The notes beneath the pieces are model-generated. The model saw only the letters and a program-made list of their open reading frames with translations, was not told the origin of the DNA and searched no databases. Shown piece by piece: positions 1 through 10,217 of a stretch of 47,532 bases of DNA (positions are counted from its first letter, which is position 1; every line of letters begins with the position of its first letter). A program made the translations under genes and the position numbers. This DNA is from a virus (taxonomy: Duplodnaviria; Heunggongvirae; Uroviricota; Caudoviricetes): the IMG/VR virus record IMGVR_UViG_2690316161_000023, positions 1-47,532 of that record, one strand, 5' to 3'.

Positions 1-276
1 ATGGCGGGTTATTTGTCCTGGTTATTCCCCCGTTGTAAAATCTCTCCTAAACTTAACGGTACGGCACCACACTTCGGGGATGAAATGTTCGCGCTGGTAC
101 TTTTTGTTTGCTACCTGGATGGCGGTTGTGAAGATATTGTTGTGGATGTCTACAACACGGAACAGCAGTGTCTTTATTCTATGAGCGATCAACGGATCCG
201 CCATGGCGGTTGTTTTCCGATTGAGGATTTTATAGATGGTTTCTGGCGACCAGCACAGGAGTATGGTGATTTTTAA
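1..276 (+). CDS. Small host hypothetical protein immediately upstream of pphA (YebW-like position)
   Basis: 91-aa ORF outside the prophage, adjacent to pphA; identity from recalled synteny only. Confidence 0.4.
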   Translation: MAGYLSWLFPRCKISPKLNGTAPHFGDEMFALVLFVCYLDGGCEDIVVDVYNTEQQCLYSMSDQRIRHGGCFPIEDFIDGFWRPAQEYGDF

Positions 277-936
277 TTATTGCAATTGCACAAGAGTCAG
301 TTCGCCCCCAAAGACAGCACCGGTATCAATATAATGCAGGTTGCCAATATCCACGCGATGTCGCAACGGTGTATGACCAAACCAGAAATGATCAGCACCT
401 GTAATTCCCTGCCCTTTTTGGCGTTCACCTAATCGCGAGCGGCTCCACAAGACCTGATGCAAATCAACGTCCTTTTGCCATTCATAAACATCATCTGGAT
501 AATCGGCATGAGCAATAACATGTTTGCCGGTACGACTGTGTACTTCAAGAATAAAGGGCAAATGCTGACATTTTTCCAGCGCCGTTTTCGCTTGTTTCTG
601 TTGATTATCTGCCAGCGCAATAAACCAGTCGCCGCCATTCATCAACCACAAAGACATCTGCTGGGATGCCAGCGCATCCATCGCCATCTGTTCATGATTG
701 CCTCTTACCGCACGAACCCAATGTTGTTCCAGTAACTGCAGGCAACGTAAACTTTGCGGCCCACGATCGATAACGTCTCCCACTGAGATAAGTAAATCTC
801 GCCACGGATCAAAACCACAATGCCATAATTTGCGGCGCAACTGCTCAAGACAACCGTGTATATCGCCAGAAAGCCAGATATGTCGCCATTGATGACCCGC
901 AATTCTCTGATAAACGGGCGCAGGCTGTTTCATCAA
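277..936 (-). CDS. pphA: Serine/threonine protein phosphatase 1 (PP1/PP2A-family metallophosphatase)
   Basis: 219-aa ORF with the diagnostic motifs GDIHG, GDVIDRG and GNHE. Confidence 0.88.
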   Translation of the reverse strand: MMKQPAPVYQRIAGHQWRHIWLSGDIHGCLEQLRRKLWHCGFDPWRDLLISVGDVIDRGPQSLRCLQLLEQHWVRAVRGNHEQMAMDALASQQMSLWLMNGGDWFIALADNQQKQAKTALEKCQHLPFILEVHSRTGKHVIAHADYPDDVYEWQKDVDLHQVLWSRSRLGERQKGQGITGADHFWFGHTPLRHRVDIGNLHYIDTGAVFGGELTLVQLQ

Positions 937-1064
937 TATTTTCCTCCCGCGCTAAAGATCACATAATCTTAACAAGAATGTTAAAAAACGCTGGACTCAG
1001 ACAGTAGAGTGTGTGTTATGGTTGACTATAAAGTCAGCGAAGGAAATGCTTCTGGCTTTTAACA

Positions 1065-1098
1065 GATAAAAAGAGACCGAACACGATTCCTGTTTTCG
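1065..1098. repeat. attR: displaced host sdsR 3'-end remnant (core about 1075-1093)
   Basis: aaaaagagaccgaacacgattcctgttttcg matches 46929-46960 with 2-3 mismatches; ends in the cggtctcttttt form recalled for the host sdsR terminator. Confidence 0.6.
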
Positions 1099-1397
1099 TC
1101 AACAAACGACAAAATCCTTTAGAATTAATGTGTTAAATAAATTTATGCTCATCTTTTAATCCCTAACACATACCATTACATATTAATACATTCAATTAGT
1201 TACCATTTTTTTCGAGTTTTTTAGAGAAATTTTCGGGAATATTTCAGGTCAATCCATGCATACACAAGCAATTCCTGTATTGAATAATTCCGTAGCAATT
1301 ATGTAAAATCACCTTCGGCTGATTTTCATTCAAACTCGCGCTATCGAACGTCCATCAGCCAGCCGTGGCACGTTCTTGCATACGACGTGCTGCGGTT

Positions 1398-1987
1398 TCA
1401 TTTATCTCCGACCGGAAACTTCTTATACAAAGTCGATACGCCAACATCATAGATGATCTCCACATTCTGGCGATGAACTCCTGATGCAATTAGTCGCCCG
1501 GCCTGCGCCCATTGTTCTGATGAAAGTTCGGGACGGCGACCGCCAATTCGTCCCTGTGCGCGAGCAGCTTCCAGTCCAGCTTTTGTTCGTTCAACAATCA
1601 GTTCACGCTCCATTTCAGCCAGGGCACCCATGACATGAAAAAAGAAACGGCCATTGGGGTGCTGGTATCAATACTGTCAGTCAGGCTTCGGAAATTCACG
1701 CCACGCTGACGCAACTCTTCTATCAGCGTAACAAGATGCCGCATACTGCGCCCCAACCTGTCCAGCTTCCAGACAACCAGAGTGTCTCCTGCCGATAGTG
1801 TCCTGAGCAGTTTTTTAAGCCCCGGTCTGTCGGACTTAGTGCCACTGATTTTATCCTCAAAAACCCGCTCACATCCCGCGCAGTTCAGTGCATTACGTTG
1901 CAGATCGGTGTTCTGGTCATTTGTTGATACGCGTACATAGCCAATAAGCATGTTAAATCCCCTTGGTAAAAGCAGGAATGATGCCAT
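1398..1987 (-). pseudogene. pin: Pin/Gin/Hin-family serine DNA invertase, frameshifted
   Basis: Two overlapping ORFs (1598-1987 catalytic part MLIGYVRVSTNDQ...; 1398-1631 C-terminal HTH part MGALAEMERELI...) in different frames; the join reads PMAVSFFMSW where family members have PMGRFFFHVMG, consistent with loss of one G. Confidence 0.8.
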
Positions 1988-2520
1988 TTGCTTGTTATTT
2001 CTGCATTTTCATAAACGTTGGTTTGGGAGAAGGCTCTGCATTACCGGTTGGGGTGCCTGTTCCGTGGCCTTCAGCCACTCCGCCAACAGGCTGGCTGAAA
2101 TGCAACGGTGCCGCTTTTTCTGCTGAAGAATACCCGGAACTGGCAAAGGCTTATCCGGCAAATAAATTGCCTGATTTACGTGGTGAGTTTATTCGTGGCT
2201 GGGATGACGGGCGTGGTATTGATGCTGTACGTGCCTTGCTAAGTCTTCAGAATGGAGGAGTGGAATCACACACCCACCAAGGGCAGCTCTTCAGAGTTAG
2301 TGATTATCGTACAAAAGAAATACCAGCATCAGAAGTTATGGGAAGAGGATATATTGCAAGCCTGACGCCGGGTGCTGATAGCCCACTTGATTTTGATGAT
2401 TATCCTGTATCTTCTAATCCAAATGGATATTTTGTCGGGAATCAGAGAACAACAGCATATGGGATAAATGAAACCCGTCCACGGAATATTGCATTTAACT
2501 ATATCGTGAGGGCTGCATAA
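1963..2520 (+). CDS. Alternate tail-fibre C-terminal segment (Sv'-like), not fused to a fibre N-terminus in this copy
   Basis: Residues from [15 protein letters not shown] onward are identical to the C-terminus of the 285-aa fibre at 7502-8359; the upstream part of the ORF is not fibre sequence. Confidence 0.6.
   Translation: MVKAGMMPFACYFCIFINVGLGEGSALPVGVPVPWPSATPPTGWLKCNGAAFSAEEYPELAKAYPANKLPDLRGEFIRGWDDGRGIDAVRALLSLQNGGVESHTHQGQLFRVSDYRTKEIPASEVMGRGYIASLTPGADSPLDFDDYPVSSNPNGYFVGNQRTTAYGINETRPRNIAFNYIVRAA
2006..2031. other. hix/gix-like 26-bp crossover site (outer site of copy A, invertase side)
   Basis: ttttcataaacg-tt-ggtttgggagaa; the ggtttgggagaa half is shared with the site at 7992-8017. 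Confidence 0.5.
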
Positions 2521-3122
2521 TGGATAACGCTGTATTAAATAGCGAGTTTATTGCTACAAAGGCGGGGAATATTACCGTCTATAACTATGATGGCGAAACA
2601 CGGGAATATATTTCCACATCAACTGAATATCTTGCCGTTGGTATCGGTATCCCTGCATATTCCTGTTTAGATGCCCCTGGCACATACAAAGCTGGTTATG
2701 CAATCTGCCGATCTGTAGATTTTAACTCATGGGAATATGTGCCAGACCATCGCGGTGAAATCGTCTTTAGCACCGAAACAGGAGAATCAAAAGAAATCAC
2801 AGCTCCGGGTGATTACCCTGATAATACAACCACTATCGCCCCGTTAACGCCATACGATAAATGGGATGGTGAGAAATGGGTGACGGATACCGAAGCACAG
2901 CATAGCGCCGCAGTAGATGCAGCAGAAGCACAGCGCCAGTCACTGATTGATACTGCAATGGCTTCAATCAGTCTGATTCAGCTGAAATTGCAGGCCGGAC
3001 GTAAACTGACGCAGGCAGAAACAACCAGCCTTAACACTGTGCTGGATTACATTGACGCGGTGACGGCAACAGATACCAGCACCGCGCCGGATGTCATCTG
3101 GCCTGAACTGCCGGAGGCGTAG
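2520..3122 (+). CDS. Tail fibre assembly protein (cognate to the Sv' segment)
   Basis: 200-aa ORF directly after the fibre C-terminal segment; identical copy at 6900-7502. Confidence 0.7.
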   Translation: MDNAVLNSEFIATKAGNITVYNYDGETREYISTSTEYLAVGIGIPAYSCLDAPGTYKAGYAICRSVDFNSWEYVPDHRGEIVFSTETGESKEITAPGDYPDNTTTIAPLTPYDKWDGEKWVTDTEAQHSAAVDAAEAQRQSLIDTAMASISLIQLKLQAGRKLTQAETTSLNTVLDYIDAVTATDTSTAPDVIWPELPEA

Positions 3123-3534
3123 GCCATTCAATATCTGGCGCACTGGCGGTATCGACCAGCTCCAGTGCGCCCAGATAATCCAGCCACAAATTATATTGTG
3201 CCAGTTCCTCACCTTTCAGACGACCAATAGCTGCTTTACCAGGCCATTGCTTACCGTTCATGTAATCATTGGCTAAATCTATTCTTTTTTGCTTCTCCAC
3301 ATCAGCAGCGACAATTAATTCTTCTCGTGTAAGTGGAGGAATATCACCCCATGCTGGCATGTTATTTAAAGTTATAAGTTGCTTACCTGTAGGGGGAGTG
3401 CCGGAAAACTCATAATAAATGCTGTCACTAACGTTAATGGCATCATGTGGCCAACAATTATTATCAACATAATCAGCCTGCCACTCGATGGCATAAAAAC
3501 GGGACTCAGATGGACTGAACACAAAACGATTCAT
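3094..3534 (-). CDS. Tail fibre assembly protein (cognate to the Sv segment)
   Basis: 146-aa ORF directly after the fibre gene 3536-4201; identical copy at 6488-6928. Confidence 0.7.
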   Translation of the reverse strand: MNRFVFSPSESRFYAIEWQADYVDNNCWPHDAINVSDSIYYEFSGTPPTGKQLITLNNMPAWGDIPPLTREELIVAADVEKQKRIDLANDYMNGKQWPGKAAIGRLKGEELAQYNLWLDYLGALELVDTASAPDIEWPTPPAVQAR

Positions 3535-3535
3535 A

Positions 3536-4201
3536 TTAATATCCTATAGCTAAAAACATAGCGTCTGAGGTGTTTGTATTTACAGCAATATTCATCATGA
3601 CCTGAGCGGTAAATCCTGTATTGCTTACCCACTCGCATGAGTTAGTTATCTGAACCCATGTTAATTTGGTAGAAAAAACGCCCCAGCAATTAACAGGGAA
3701 CGGGACAGGGAAAGTCACTGGCACAGAATTTACTACACCGACAGTAGTCAAATTTGCGAGCGTCCGGCGAAACACCTGAATCTTAAGACCATCAGGACCT
3801 GTAAATAACAAATTATCGGTGTACTGCCCGCTTGCTCTTAAACCAAGGTTTTCGAGAGCCGTTTTCACTGTGCCGTCCGATTTGATATCGCCAAACGGAT
3901 TTTTGCGGCTCAGGTATTCAACAGCAAACCCCGATCCAAGCAATTCAACAAAACCGGGCAGATCACCATTATCAAGCACATCCCGTTGCGTTTTGTCACT
4001 TACAAACTGGGCCAGAGCTGCAGCAATAAAGCTGGCCTGTCGAATGGCTTTGTTCACCTGCGCACTGGATGCTTTCCCTGCTGTAAATCCGGATAAAAGC
4101 GCAGGCAACGCTTCCCATTCCTCCTGCGACATAACATTGGCATTTCGATCCGTTGCAAACGCTTTAAAGTCATTTTTCGCCATCAGAGTAATACTCCCCA
4201 T
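3536..4201 (-). CDS. Tail fibre protein, constant N-terminus fused to the Sv variable C-terminus (copy A)
   Basis: 221 aa; first ~120 aa identical to the 285-aa fibre at 7502-8359 and diverging after ...TALENLGL. Confidence 0.72.
   Translation of the reverse strand: MGSITLMAKNDFKAFATDRNANVMSQEEWEALPALLSGFTAGKASSAQVNKAIRQASFIAAALAQFVSDKTQRDVLDNGDLPGFVELLGSGFAVEYLSRKNPFGDIKSDGTVKTALENLGLRASGQYTDNLLFTGPDGLKIQVFRRTLANLTTVGVVNSVPVTFPVPFPVNCWGVFSTKLTWVQITNSCEWVSNTGFTAQVMMNIAVNTNTSDAMFLAIGY
3833..3858. other. hix/gix-like crossover site inside the tail fibre gene (copy A)
   Basis: tgctcttaaacc-aa-ggttttcgagag resembles the recalled Hin hixL site; lies exactly where constant and variable fibre sequence meet. 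Confidence 0.6.
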
Positions 4202-4863
4202 GCTCCTACATCAAAACCACTGATGAATTCGTTATCCATATCAAAACCAAAAAATTTTGAGCCTTCCGATGGGGTTTCCACCGAAGGTGTTTCAATGCCA
4301 CCCGCCCATACCCCGGCGGCTTTTACTGTGAGATACCCCTGTTTAATTGCCGCAATTAACTCACGCGATACATCTGAAATATCAGTATCAGGAAAGACCC
4401 AGACCGATATCGTCATGTCCTGGTTATCGACTATCTGCATTCGCAGCCCGGATCCTGCTGTTGCAGCGTCAAGAATTGCCGGAAGAGAATCATTCCGTCC
4501 ATCCCAGTTATTAATCGCAATCTTCGCTTTAAGAATGACACGATAAGTTTCATCGCTGAGGTACATGTATCCGGAATCAGGATCGTATGGTCCCTGCCAT
4601 ACCCCCTGATCATATCCAAGCCCGTCGGTATCCCAGCTGAAATAGACACCTGAGATAGGCTGGCTGACAACACGGCTACGTCCGATCCACAATCCCAGAA
4701 TGTCAAGTTGCACACCAACCGCAGAGTCAATATCAAATGCAGTAATCAGCCCTCTGGTGGCAGCCGCAACATCAATAAGCGGCCGGGTCATCAGATCAAC
4801 ATGCGCAAGAAATTTAGGTTTAGTGGCGTGGTAGTTCGTGATTAGTTCGGTGTATTTGCTCAT
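4183..4863 (-). CDS. Baseplate/tail protein (Mu gp48 / P2 gpI-like), copy A
   Basis: 226-aa ORF between the baseplate J-like gene and the tail fibre gene; identical copy at 8341-9021. Confidence 0.55.
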   Translation of the reverse strand: MSKYTELITNYHATKPKFLAHVDLMTRPLIDVAAATRGLITAFDIDSAVGVQLDILGLWIGRSRVVSQPISGVYFSWDTDGLGYDQGVWQGPYDPDSGYMYLSDETYRVILKAKIAINNWDGRNDSLPAILDAATAGSGLRMQIVDNQDMTISVWVFPDTDISDVSRELIAAIKQGYLTVKAAGVWAGGIETPSVETPSEGSKFFGFDMDNEFISGFDVGAWGVLL

Positions 4864-6059
4864 GACTCCACCGTTATAACGATATTTTCCGGGGTACAGG
4901 ACGCAGATTCGTTGTATCTGATATCAATGTTTGATGACGACAAAGCCCCCGGGGATTTCCCAATCGTCAGTTCCTGAATATCGTAATAGCGTGCATCCCC
5001 GCCACTCACCACGCCAAGATTCGCCGGTGAGTAAATGCGACTTAAAAGGACCGAATCACCAATCATCAGACTATTGATATAGTCGGAAATAGCCTGCTGG
5101 ATCTGCTGCCCTATCTGTGAGGTATAACCCGTAAAAACTTTTAATTTAATCCGGGCATAAACAGGCACATCACTGGAACGCGAGAATTTGATTACATGGG
5201 GATTGCCGTATTTATCCGGAACCGTAACGGATGTTGTACCGTGAGTGGCTGTCCCCTGGCCTTTATTCCCTCTGATAGCCTGAGCAATATCCGTCACATC
5301 ACCGCCATCCACAATTACAGCAACAGAGTGTGGCGGTAACCCGTTACCGTCCTCCGAACCAGTATCGTTTTCATAGAGTTTGTGGCGGGTTACACCGGTA
5401 ACATTAGAAACAGCACCATCCAGTGCTTCAAATGGGGTTATTGATGGCAACGCAACACTTTGCGACTGACGGATACGTAACTCCGCGTCAGTTTCTGCCG
5501 GAGTGCCCACAGTAGCCGCAGCAGGATTAGTTACCGAAACCCAGCCACGGGTTGGCGTATTAATTTCAGTGATAGTTCCAGCCAGCGCCGCCACTGCACC
5601 ACTGACGGAACATGTTGCGGTCGCCATCACTGTACCATCCACGCCGACCACTACTGAAGCAGGCAAACGCCATATCACATTATTACTGTCTTTCACGCTG
5701 CCATTAATGATGGTTGTTCCGGCAGTTCCTGCAAGAAGCAAATCAACCGTAGAGTTCGTCGCGCCTTTACGTGAAATACCATTTATTTTCACGTTACTGG
5801 TCAGTGCAGCCCCATAGCCGGTTGCCGGTGAAAAACAGTTGTAGACAGTTATCGCCATATTATTGGCATCATGAATCGCCAGCGCCATCAGAGCCACCAT
5901 CTGGCCGTCTTTGCTGTCCGGTTCGAGGTAGGCATCACTGCCATAAATCTGCTGAAAATAGCTAATCAGGGTGCTGAGTATCGTCTGATAATCAGGCGCA
6001 CTGATCCCCTCCGCGGTTACCTTTGCAGATAAACCGAGAGAATCAAGGTTCAGAGCCAT
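4860..6059 (-). CDS. Baseplate J-like protein, copy A
   Basis: 399-aa ORF in the baseplate wedge position; differs from copy B (9018-10217) by one residue (D here, N there). Confidence 0.65.
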   Translation of the reverse strand: MALNLDSLGLSAKVTAEGISAPDYQTILSTLISYFQQIYGSDAYLEPDSKDGQMVALMALAIHDANNMAITVYNCFSPATGYGAALTSNVKINGISRKGATNSTVDLLLAGTAGTTIINGSVKDSNNVIWRLPASVVVGVDGTVMATATCSVSGAVAALAGTITEINTPTRGWVSVTNPAAATVGTPAETDAELRIRQSQSVALPSITPFEALDGAVSNVTGVTRHKLYENDTGSEDGNGLPPHSVAVIVDGGDVTDIAQAIRGNKGQGTATHGTTSVTVPDKYGNPHVIKFSRSSDVPVYARIKLKVFTGYTSQIGQQIQQAISDYINSLMIGDSVLLSRIYSPANLGVVSGGDARYYDIQELTIGKSPGALSSSNIDIRYNESASCTPENIVITVES

Positions 6060-6174
6060 TACGCCTCCGATGTAACAGTCGTTATTCCATAAAGAGTGTC
6101 GATTTCAGCGGAAAACATGACACGTCGGGTCGTGGTATCCACTGTCGTATTGAAAGAGAGGATTGATTTAACGC
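6060..6174 (-). pseudogene. Duplicated 3'-terminal fragment of the gp46-like baseplate gene
   Basis: ~115 bp matching 10218-10332 (last ~37 codons of the 117-aa gene) with no 5' part. Confidence 0.7.
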
Positions 6175-6189
6175 ATTGGTTTAAGAGCA
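6164..6189. other. Duplication junction formed on a crossover-like site
   Basis: tgatttaacgca-tt-ggtttaagagca: gp46 3' sequence joined to the Sv-side half-site. Confidence 0.5.
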
Positions 6190-6210
6190 AGCGGGCAGTA
6201 CACCGATAAT

Positions 6211-6486
6211 TTGTTATTTACAGGTCCTGATGGTCTTAAGATTCAGGTGTTTCGCCGGACGCTCGCAAATTTGACTACTGTCGGTGTAGTAAATTCTGTG
6301 CCAGTGACTTTCCCTGTCCCGTTCCCTGTTAATTGCTGGGGCGTTTTTTCTACCAAATTAACATGGGTTCAGATAACTAACTCATGCGAGTGGGTAAGCA
6401 ATACAGGATTTACCGCTCAGGTCATGATGAATATTGCTGTAAATACAAACACCTCAGACGCTATGTTTTTAGCTATAGGATATTAA
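6211..6486 (+). CDS. Sv-type tail fibre C-terminal segment, inverted and unfused (copy B)
   Basis: 91 aa identical to the C-terminus of the fibre at 3536-4201 but on the opposite strand; homology begins at the site near 6178. Confidence 0.6.
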   Translation: MLFTGPDGLKIQVFRRTLANLTTVGVVNSVPVTFPVPFPVNCWGVFSTKLTWVQITNSCEWVSNTGFTAQVMMNIAVNTNTSDAMFLAIGY

Positions 6487-6487
6487 T

Positions 6488-6928
6488 ATGAATCGTTTTG
6501 TGTTCAGTCCATCTGAGTCCCGTTTTTATGCCATCGAGTGGCAGGCTGATTATGTTGATAATAATTGTTGGCCACATGATGCCATTAACGTTAGTGACAG
6601 CATTTATTATGAGTTTTCCGGCACTCCCCCTACAGGTAAGCAACTTATAACTTTAAATAACATGCCAGCATGGGGTGATATTCCTCCACTTACACGAGAA
6701 GAATTAATTGTCGCTGCTGATGTGGAGAAGCAAAAAAGAATAGATTTAGCCAATGATTACATGAACGGTAAGCAATGGCCTGGTAAAGCAGCTATTGGTC
6801 GTCTGAAAGGTGAGGAACTGGCACAATATAATTTGTGGCTGGATTATCTGGGCGCACTGGAGCTGGTCGATACCGCCAGTGCGCCAGATATTGAATGGCC
6901 TACGCCTCCGGCAGTTCAGGCCAGATGA
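6488..6928 (+). CDS. Tail fibre assembly protein, inverted copy (copy B)
   Basis: Identical to 3094-3534, opposite strand. Confidence 0.7.
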   Translation: MNRFVFSPSESRFYAIEWQADYVDNNCWPHDAINVSDSIYYEFSGTPPTGKQLITLNNMPAWGDIPPLTREELIVAADVEKQKRIDLANDYMNGKQWPGKAAIGRLKGEELAQYNLWLDYLGALELVDTASAPDIEWPTPPAVQAR

Positions 6929-7502
6929 CATCCGGCGCGGTGCTGGTATCTGTTGCCGTCACCGCGTCAATGTAATCCAGCACAGTGTTAAGGCTGGTTG
7001 TTTCTGCCTGCGTCAGTTTACGTCCGGCCTGCAATTTCAGCTGAATCAGACTGATTGAAGCCATTGCAGTATCAATCAGTGACTGGCGCTGTGCTTCTGC
7101 TGCATCTACTGCGGCGCTATGCTGTGCTTCGGTATCCGTCACCCATTTCTCACCATCCCATTTATCGTATGGCGTTAACGGGGCGATAGTGGTTGTATTA
7201 TCAGGGTAATCACCCGGAGCTGTGATTTCTTTTGATTCTCCTGTTTCGGTGCTAAAGACGATTTCACCGCGATGGTCTGGCACATATTCCCATGAGTTAA
7301 AATCTACAGATCGGCAGATTGCATAACCAGCTTTGTATGTGCCAGGGGCATCTAAACAGGAATATGCAGGGATACCGATACCAACGGCAAGATATTCAGT
7401 TGATGTGGAAATATATTCCCGTGTTTCGCCATCATAGTTATAGACGGTAATATTCCCCGCCTTTGTAGCAATAAACTCGCTATTTAATACAGCGTTATCC
7501 AT
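6900..7502 (-). CDS. Tail fibre assembly protein cognate to Sv' (copy B)
   Basis: Identical to 2520-3122, opposite strand. Confidence 0.7.
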   Translation of the reverse strand: MDNAVLNSEFIATKAGNITVYNYDGETREYISTSTEYLAVGIGIPAYSCLDAPGTYKAGYAICRSVDFNSWEYVPDHRGEIVFSTETGESKEITAPGDYPDNTTTIAPLTPYDKWDGEKWVTDTEAQHSAAVDAAEAQRQSLIDTAMASISLIQLKLQAGRKLTQAETTSLNTVLDYIDAVTATDTSTAPDVIWPELPEA

Positions 7503-8359
7503 TATGCAGCCCTCACGATATAGTTAAATGCAATATTCCGTGGACGGGTTTCATTTATCCCATATGCTGTTGTTCTCTGATTCCCGACAAAATATCCATT
7601 TGGATTAGAAGATACAGGATAATCATCAAAATCAAGTGGGCTATCAGCACCCGGCGTCAGGCTTGCAATATATCCTCTTCCCATAACTTCTGATGCTGGT
7701 ATTTCTTTTGTACGATAATCACTAACTCTGAAGAGCTGCCCTTGGTGGGTGTGTGATTCCACTCCTCCATTCTGAAGACTTAGCAAGGCACGTACAGCAT
7801 CAATACCACGCCCGTCATCCCAGCCACGAATAAACTCACCACGTAAATCAGGCAATTTATTTGCCGGATAAGCCTTTGCCAGTTCCGGGTATTCTTCAGC
7901 AGAAAAAGCGGCACCGTTGCATTTCAGCCAGCCTGTTGGCGGAGTGGCTGAAGGCCACGGAACAGGCACCCCAACCGGTAATGCAGAGCCTTCTCCCAAA
8001 CCAAGGTTTTCGAGAGCCGTTTTCACTGTGCCGTCCGATTTGATATCGCCAAACGGATTTTTGCGGCTCAGGTATTCAACAGCAAACCCCGATCCAAGCA
8101 ATTCAACAAAACCGGGCAGATCACCATTATCAAGCACATCCCGTTGCGTTTTGTCACTTACAAACTGGGCCAGAGCTGCAGCAATAAAGCTGGCCTGTCG
8201 AATGGCTTTGTTCACCTGCGCACTGGATGCTTTCCCTGCTGTAAATCCGGATAAAAGCGCAGGCAACGCTTCCCATTCCTCCTGCGACATAACATTGGCA
8301 TTTCGATCCGTTGCAAACGCTTTAAAGTCATTTTTCGCCATCAGAGTAATACTCCCCAT
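7502..8359 (-). CDS. Tail fibre protein, constant N-terminus fused to the Sv' variable C-terminus (copy B)
   Basis: 285 aa; same N-terminus as 3536-4201; C-terminus identical to the segment at 2020-2520. Confidence 0.72.
   Translation of the reverse strand: MGSITLMAKNDFKAFATDRNANVMSQEEWEALPALLSGFTAGKASSAQVNKAIRQASFIAAALAQFVSDKTQRDVLDNGDLPGFVELLGSGFAVEYLSRKNPFGDIKSDGTVKTALENLGLGEGSALPVGVPVPWPSATPPTGWLKCNGAAFSAEEYPELAKAYPANKLPDLRGEFIRGWDDGRGIDAVRALLSLQNGGVESHTHQGQLFRVSDYRTKEIPASEVMGRGYIASLTPGADSPLDFDDYPVSSNPNGYFVGNQRTTAYGINETRPRNIAFNYIVRAA
7992..8017. other. hix/gix-like crossover site inside the tail fibre gene (copy B)
   Basis: ttctcccaaacc-aa-ggttttcgagag. Confidence 0.6.
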
Positions 8360-9021
8360 GCTCCTACATCAAAACCACTGATGAATTCGTTATCCATATC
8401 AAAACCAAAAAATTTTGAGCCTTCCGATGGGGTTTCCACCGAAGGTGTTTCAATGCCACCCGCCCATACCCCGGCGGCTTTTACTGTGAGATACCCCTGT
8501 TTAATTGCCGCAATTAACTCACGCGATACATCTGAAATATCAGTATCAGGAAAGACCCAGACCGATATCGTCATGTCCTGGTTATCGACTATCTGCATTC
8601 GCAGCCCGGATCCTGCTGTTGCAGCGTCAAGAATTGCCGGAAGAGAATCATTCCGTCCATCCCAGTTATTAATCGCAATCTTCGCTTTAAGAATGACACG
8701 ATAAGTTTCATCGCTGAGGTACATGTATCCGGAATCAGGATCGTATGGTCCCTGCCATACCCCCTGATCATATCCAAGCCCGTCGGTATCCCAGCTGAAA
8801 TAGACACCTGAGATAGGCTGGCTGACAACACGGCTACGTCCGATCCACAATCCCAGAATGTCAAGTTGCACACCAACCGCAGAGTCAATATCAAATGCAG
8901 TAATCAGCCCTCTGGTGGCAGCCGCAACATCAATAAGCGGCCGGGTCATCAGATCAACATGCGCAAGAAATTTAGGTTTAGTGGCGTGGTAGTTCGTGAT
9001 TAGTTCGGTGTATTTGCTCAT
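8341..9021 (-). CDS. Baseplate/tail protein (Mu gp48 / P2 gpI-like), copy B
   Basis: Identical to 4183-4863. Confidence 0.55.
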   Translation of the reverse strand: MSKYTELITNYHATKPKFLAHVDLMTRPLIDVAAATRGLITAFDIDSAVGVQLDILGLWIGRSRVVSQPISGVYFSWDTDGLGYDQGVWQGPYDPDSGYMYLSDETYRVILKAKIAINNWDGRNDSLPAILDAATAGSGLRMQIVDNQDMTISVWVFPDTDISDVSRELIAAIKQGYLTVKAAGVWAGGIETPSVETPSEGSKFFGFDMDNEFISGFDVGAWGVLL

Positions 9022-10217
9022 GACTCCACCGTTATAACGATATTTTCCGGGGTACAGGACGCAGATTCGTTGTATCTGATATCAATGTTTGATGACGACA
9101 AAGCCCCCGGGGATTTCCCAATCGTCAGTTCCTGAATATCGTAATAGCGTGCATTCCCGCCACTCACCACGCCAAGATTCGCCGGTGAGTAAATGCGACT
9201 TAAAAGGACCGAATCACCAATCATCAGACTATTGATATAGTCGGAAATAGCCTGCTGGATCTGCTGCCCTATCTGTGAGGTATAACCCGTAAAAACTTTT
9301 AATTTAATCCGGGCATAAACAGGCACATCACTGGAACGCGAGAATTTGATTACATGGGGATTGCCGTATTTATCCGGAACCGTAACGGATGTTGTACCGT
9401 GAGTGGCTGTCCCCTGGCCTTTATTCCCTCTGATAGCCTGAGCAATATCCGTCACATCACCGCCATCCACAATTACAGCAACAGAGTGTGGCGGTAACCC
9501 GTTACCGTCCTCCGAACCAGTATCGTTTTCATAGAGTTTGTGGCGGGTTACACCGGTAACATTAGAAACAGCACCATCCAGTGCTTCAAATGGGGTTATT
9601 GATGGCAACGCAACACTTTGCGACTGACGGATACGTAACTCCGCGTCAGTTTCTGCCGGAGTGCCCACAGTAGCCGCAGCAGGATTAGTTACCGAAACCC
9701 AGCCACGGGTTGGCGTATTAATTTCAGTGATAGTTCCAGCCAGCGCCGCCACTGCACCACTGACGGAACATGTTGCGGTCGCCATCACTGTACCATCCAC
9801 GCCGACCACTACTGAAGCAGGCAAACGCCATATCACATTATTACTGTCTTTCACGCTGCCATTAATGATGGTTGTTCCGGCAGTTCCTGCAAGAAGCAAA
9901 TCAACCGTAGAGTTCGTCGCGCCTTTACGTGAAATACCATTTATTTTCACGTTACTGGTCAGTGCAGCCCCATAGCCGGTTGCCGGTGAAAAACAGTTGT
10001 AGACAGTTATCGCCATATTATTGGCATCATGAATCGCCAGCGCCATCAGAGCCACCATCTGGCCGTCTTTGCTGTCCGGTTCGAGGTAGGCATCACTGCC
10101 ATAAATCTGCTGAAAATAGCTAATCAGGGTGCTGAGTATCGTCTGATAATCAGGCGCACTGATCCCCTCCGCGGTTACCTTTGCAGATAAACCGAGAGAA
10201 TCAAGGTTCAGAGCCAT
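9018..10217 (-). CDS. Baseplate J-like protein, copy B
   Basis: 399 aa; one substitution relative to copy A. Confidence 0.65.
   Translation of the reverse strand: MALNLDSLGLSAKVTAEGISAPDYQTILSTLISYFQQIYGSDAYLEPDSKDGQMVALMALAIHDANNMAITVYNCFSPATGYGAALTSNVKINGISRKGATNSTVDLLLAGTAGTTIINGSVKDSNNVIWRLPASVVVGVDGTVMATATCSVSGAVAALAGTITEINTPTRGWVSVTNPAAATVGTPAETDAELRIRQSQSVALPSITPFEALDGAVSNVTGVTRHKLYENDTGSEDGNGLPPHSVAVIVDGGDVTDIAQAIRGNKGQGTATHGTTSVTVPDKYGNPHVIKFSRSSDVPVYARIKLKVFTGYTSQIGQQIQQAISDYINSLMIGDSVLLSRIYSPANLGVVSGGNARYYDIQELTIGKSPGALSSSNIDIRYNESASCTPENIVITVES

Noticed and set aside
3819-4546. Plus-strand ORFs antisense to the tail fibre and gp48-like genes (and their duplicates at 7917-8704)
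   Set aside because: Fully embedded antisense to conserved structural genes; no independent support.
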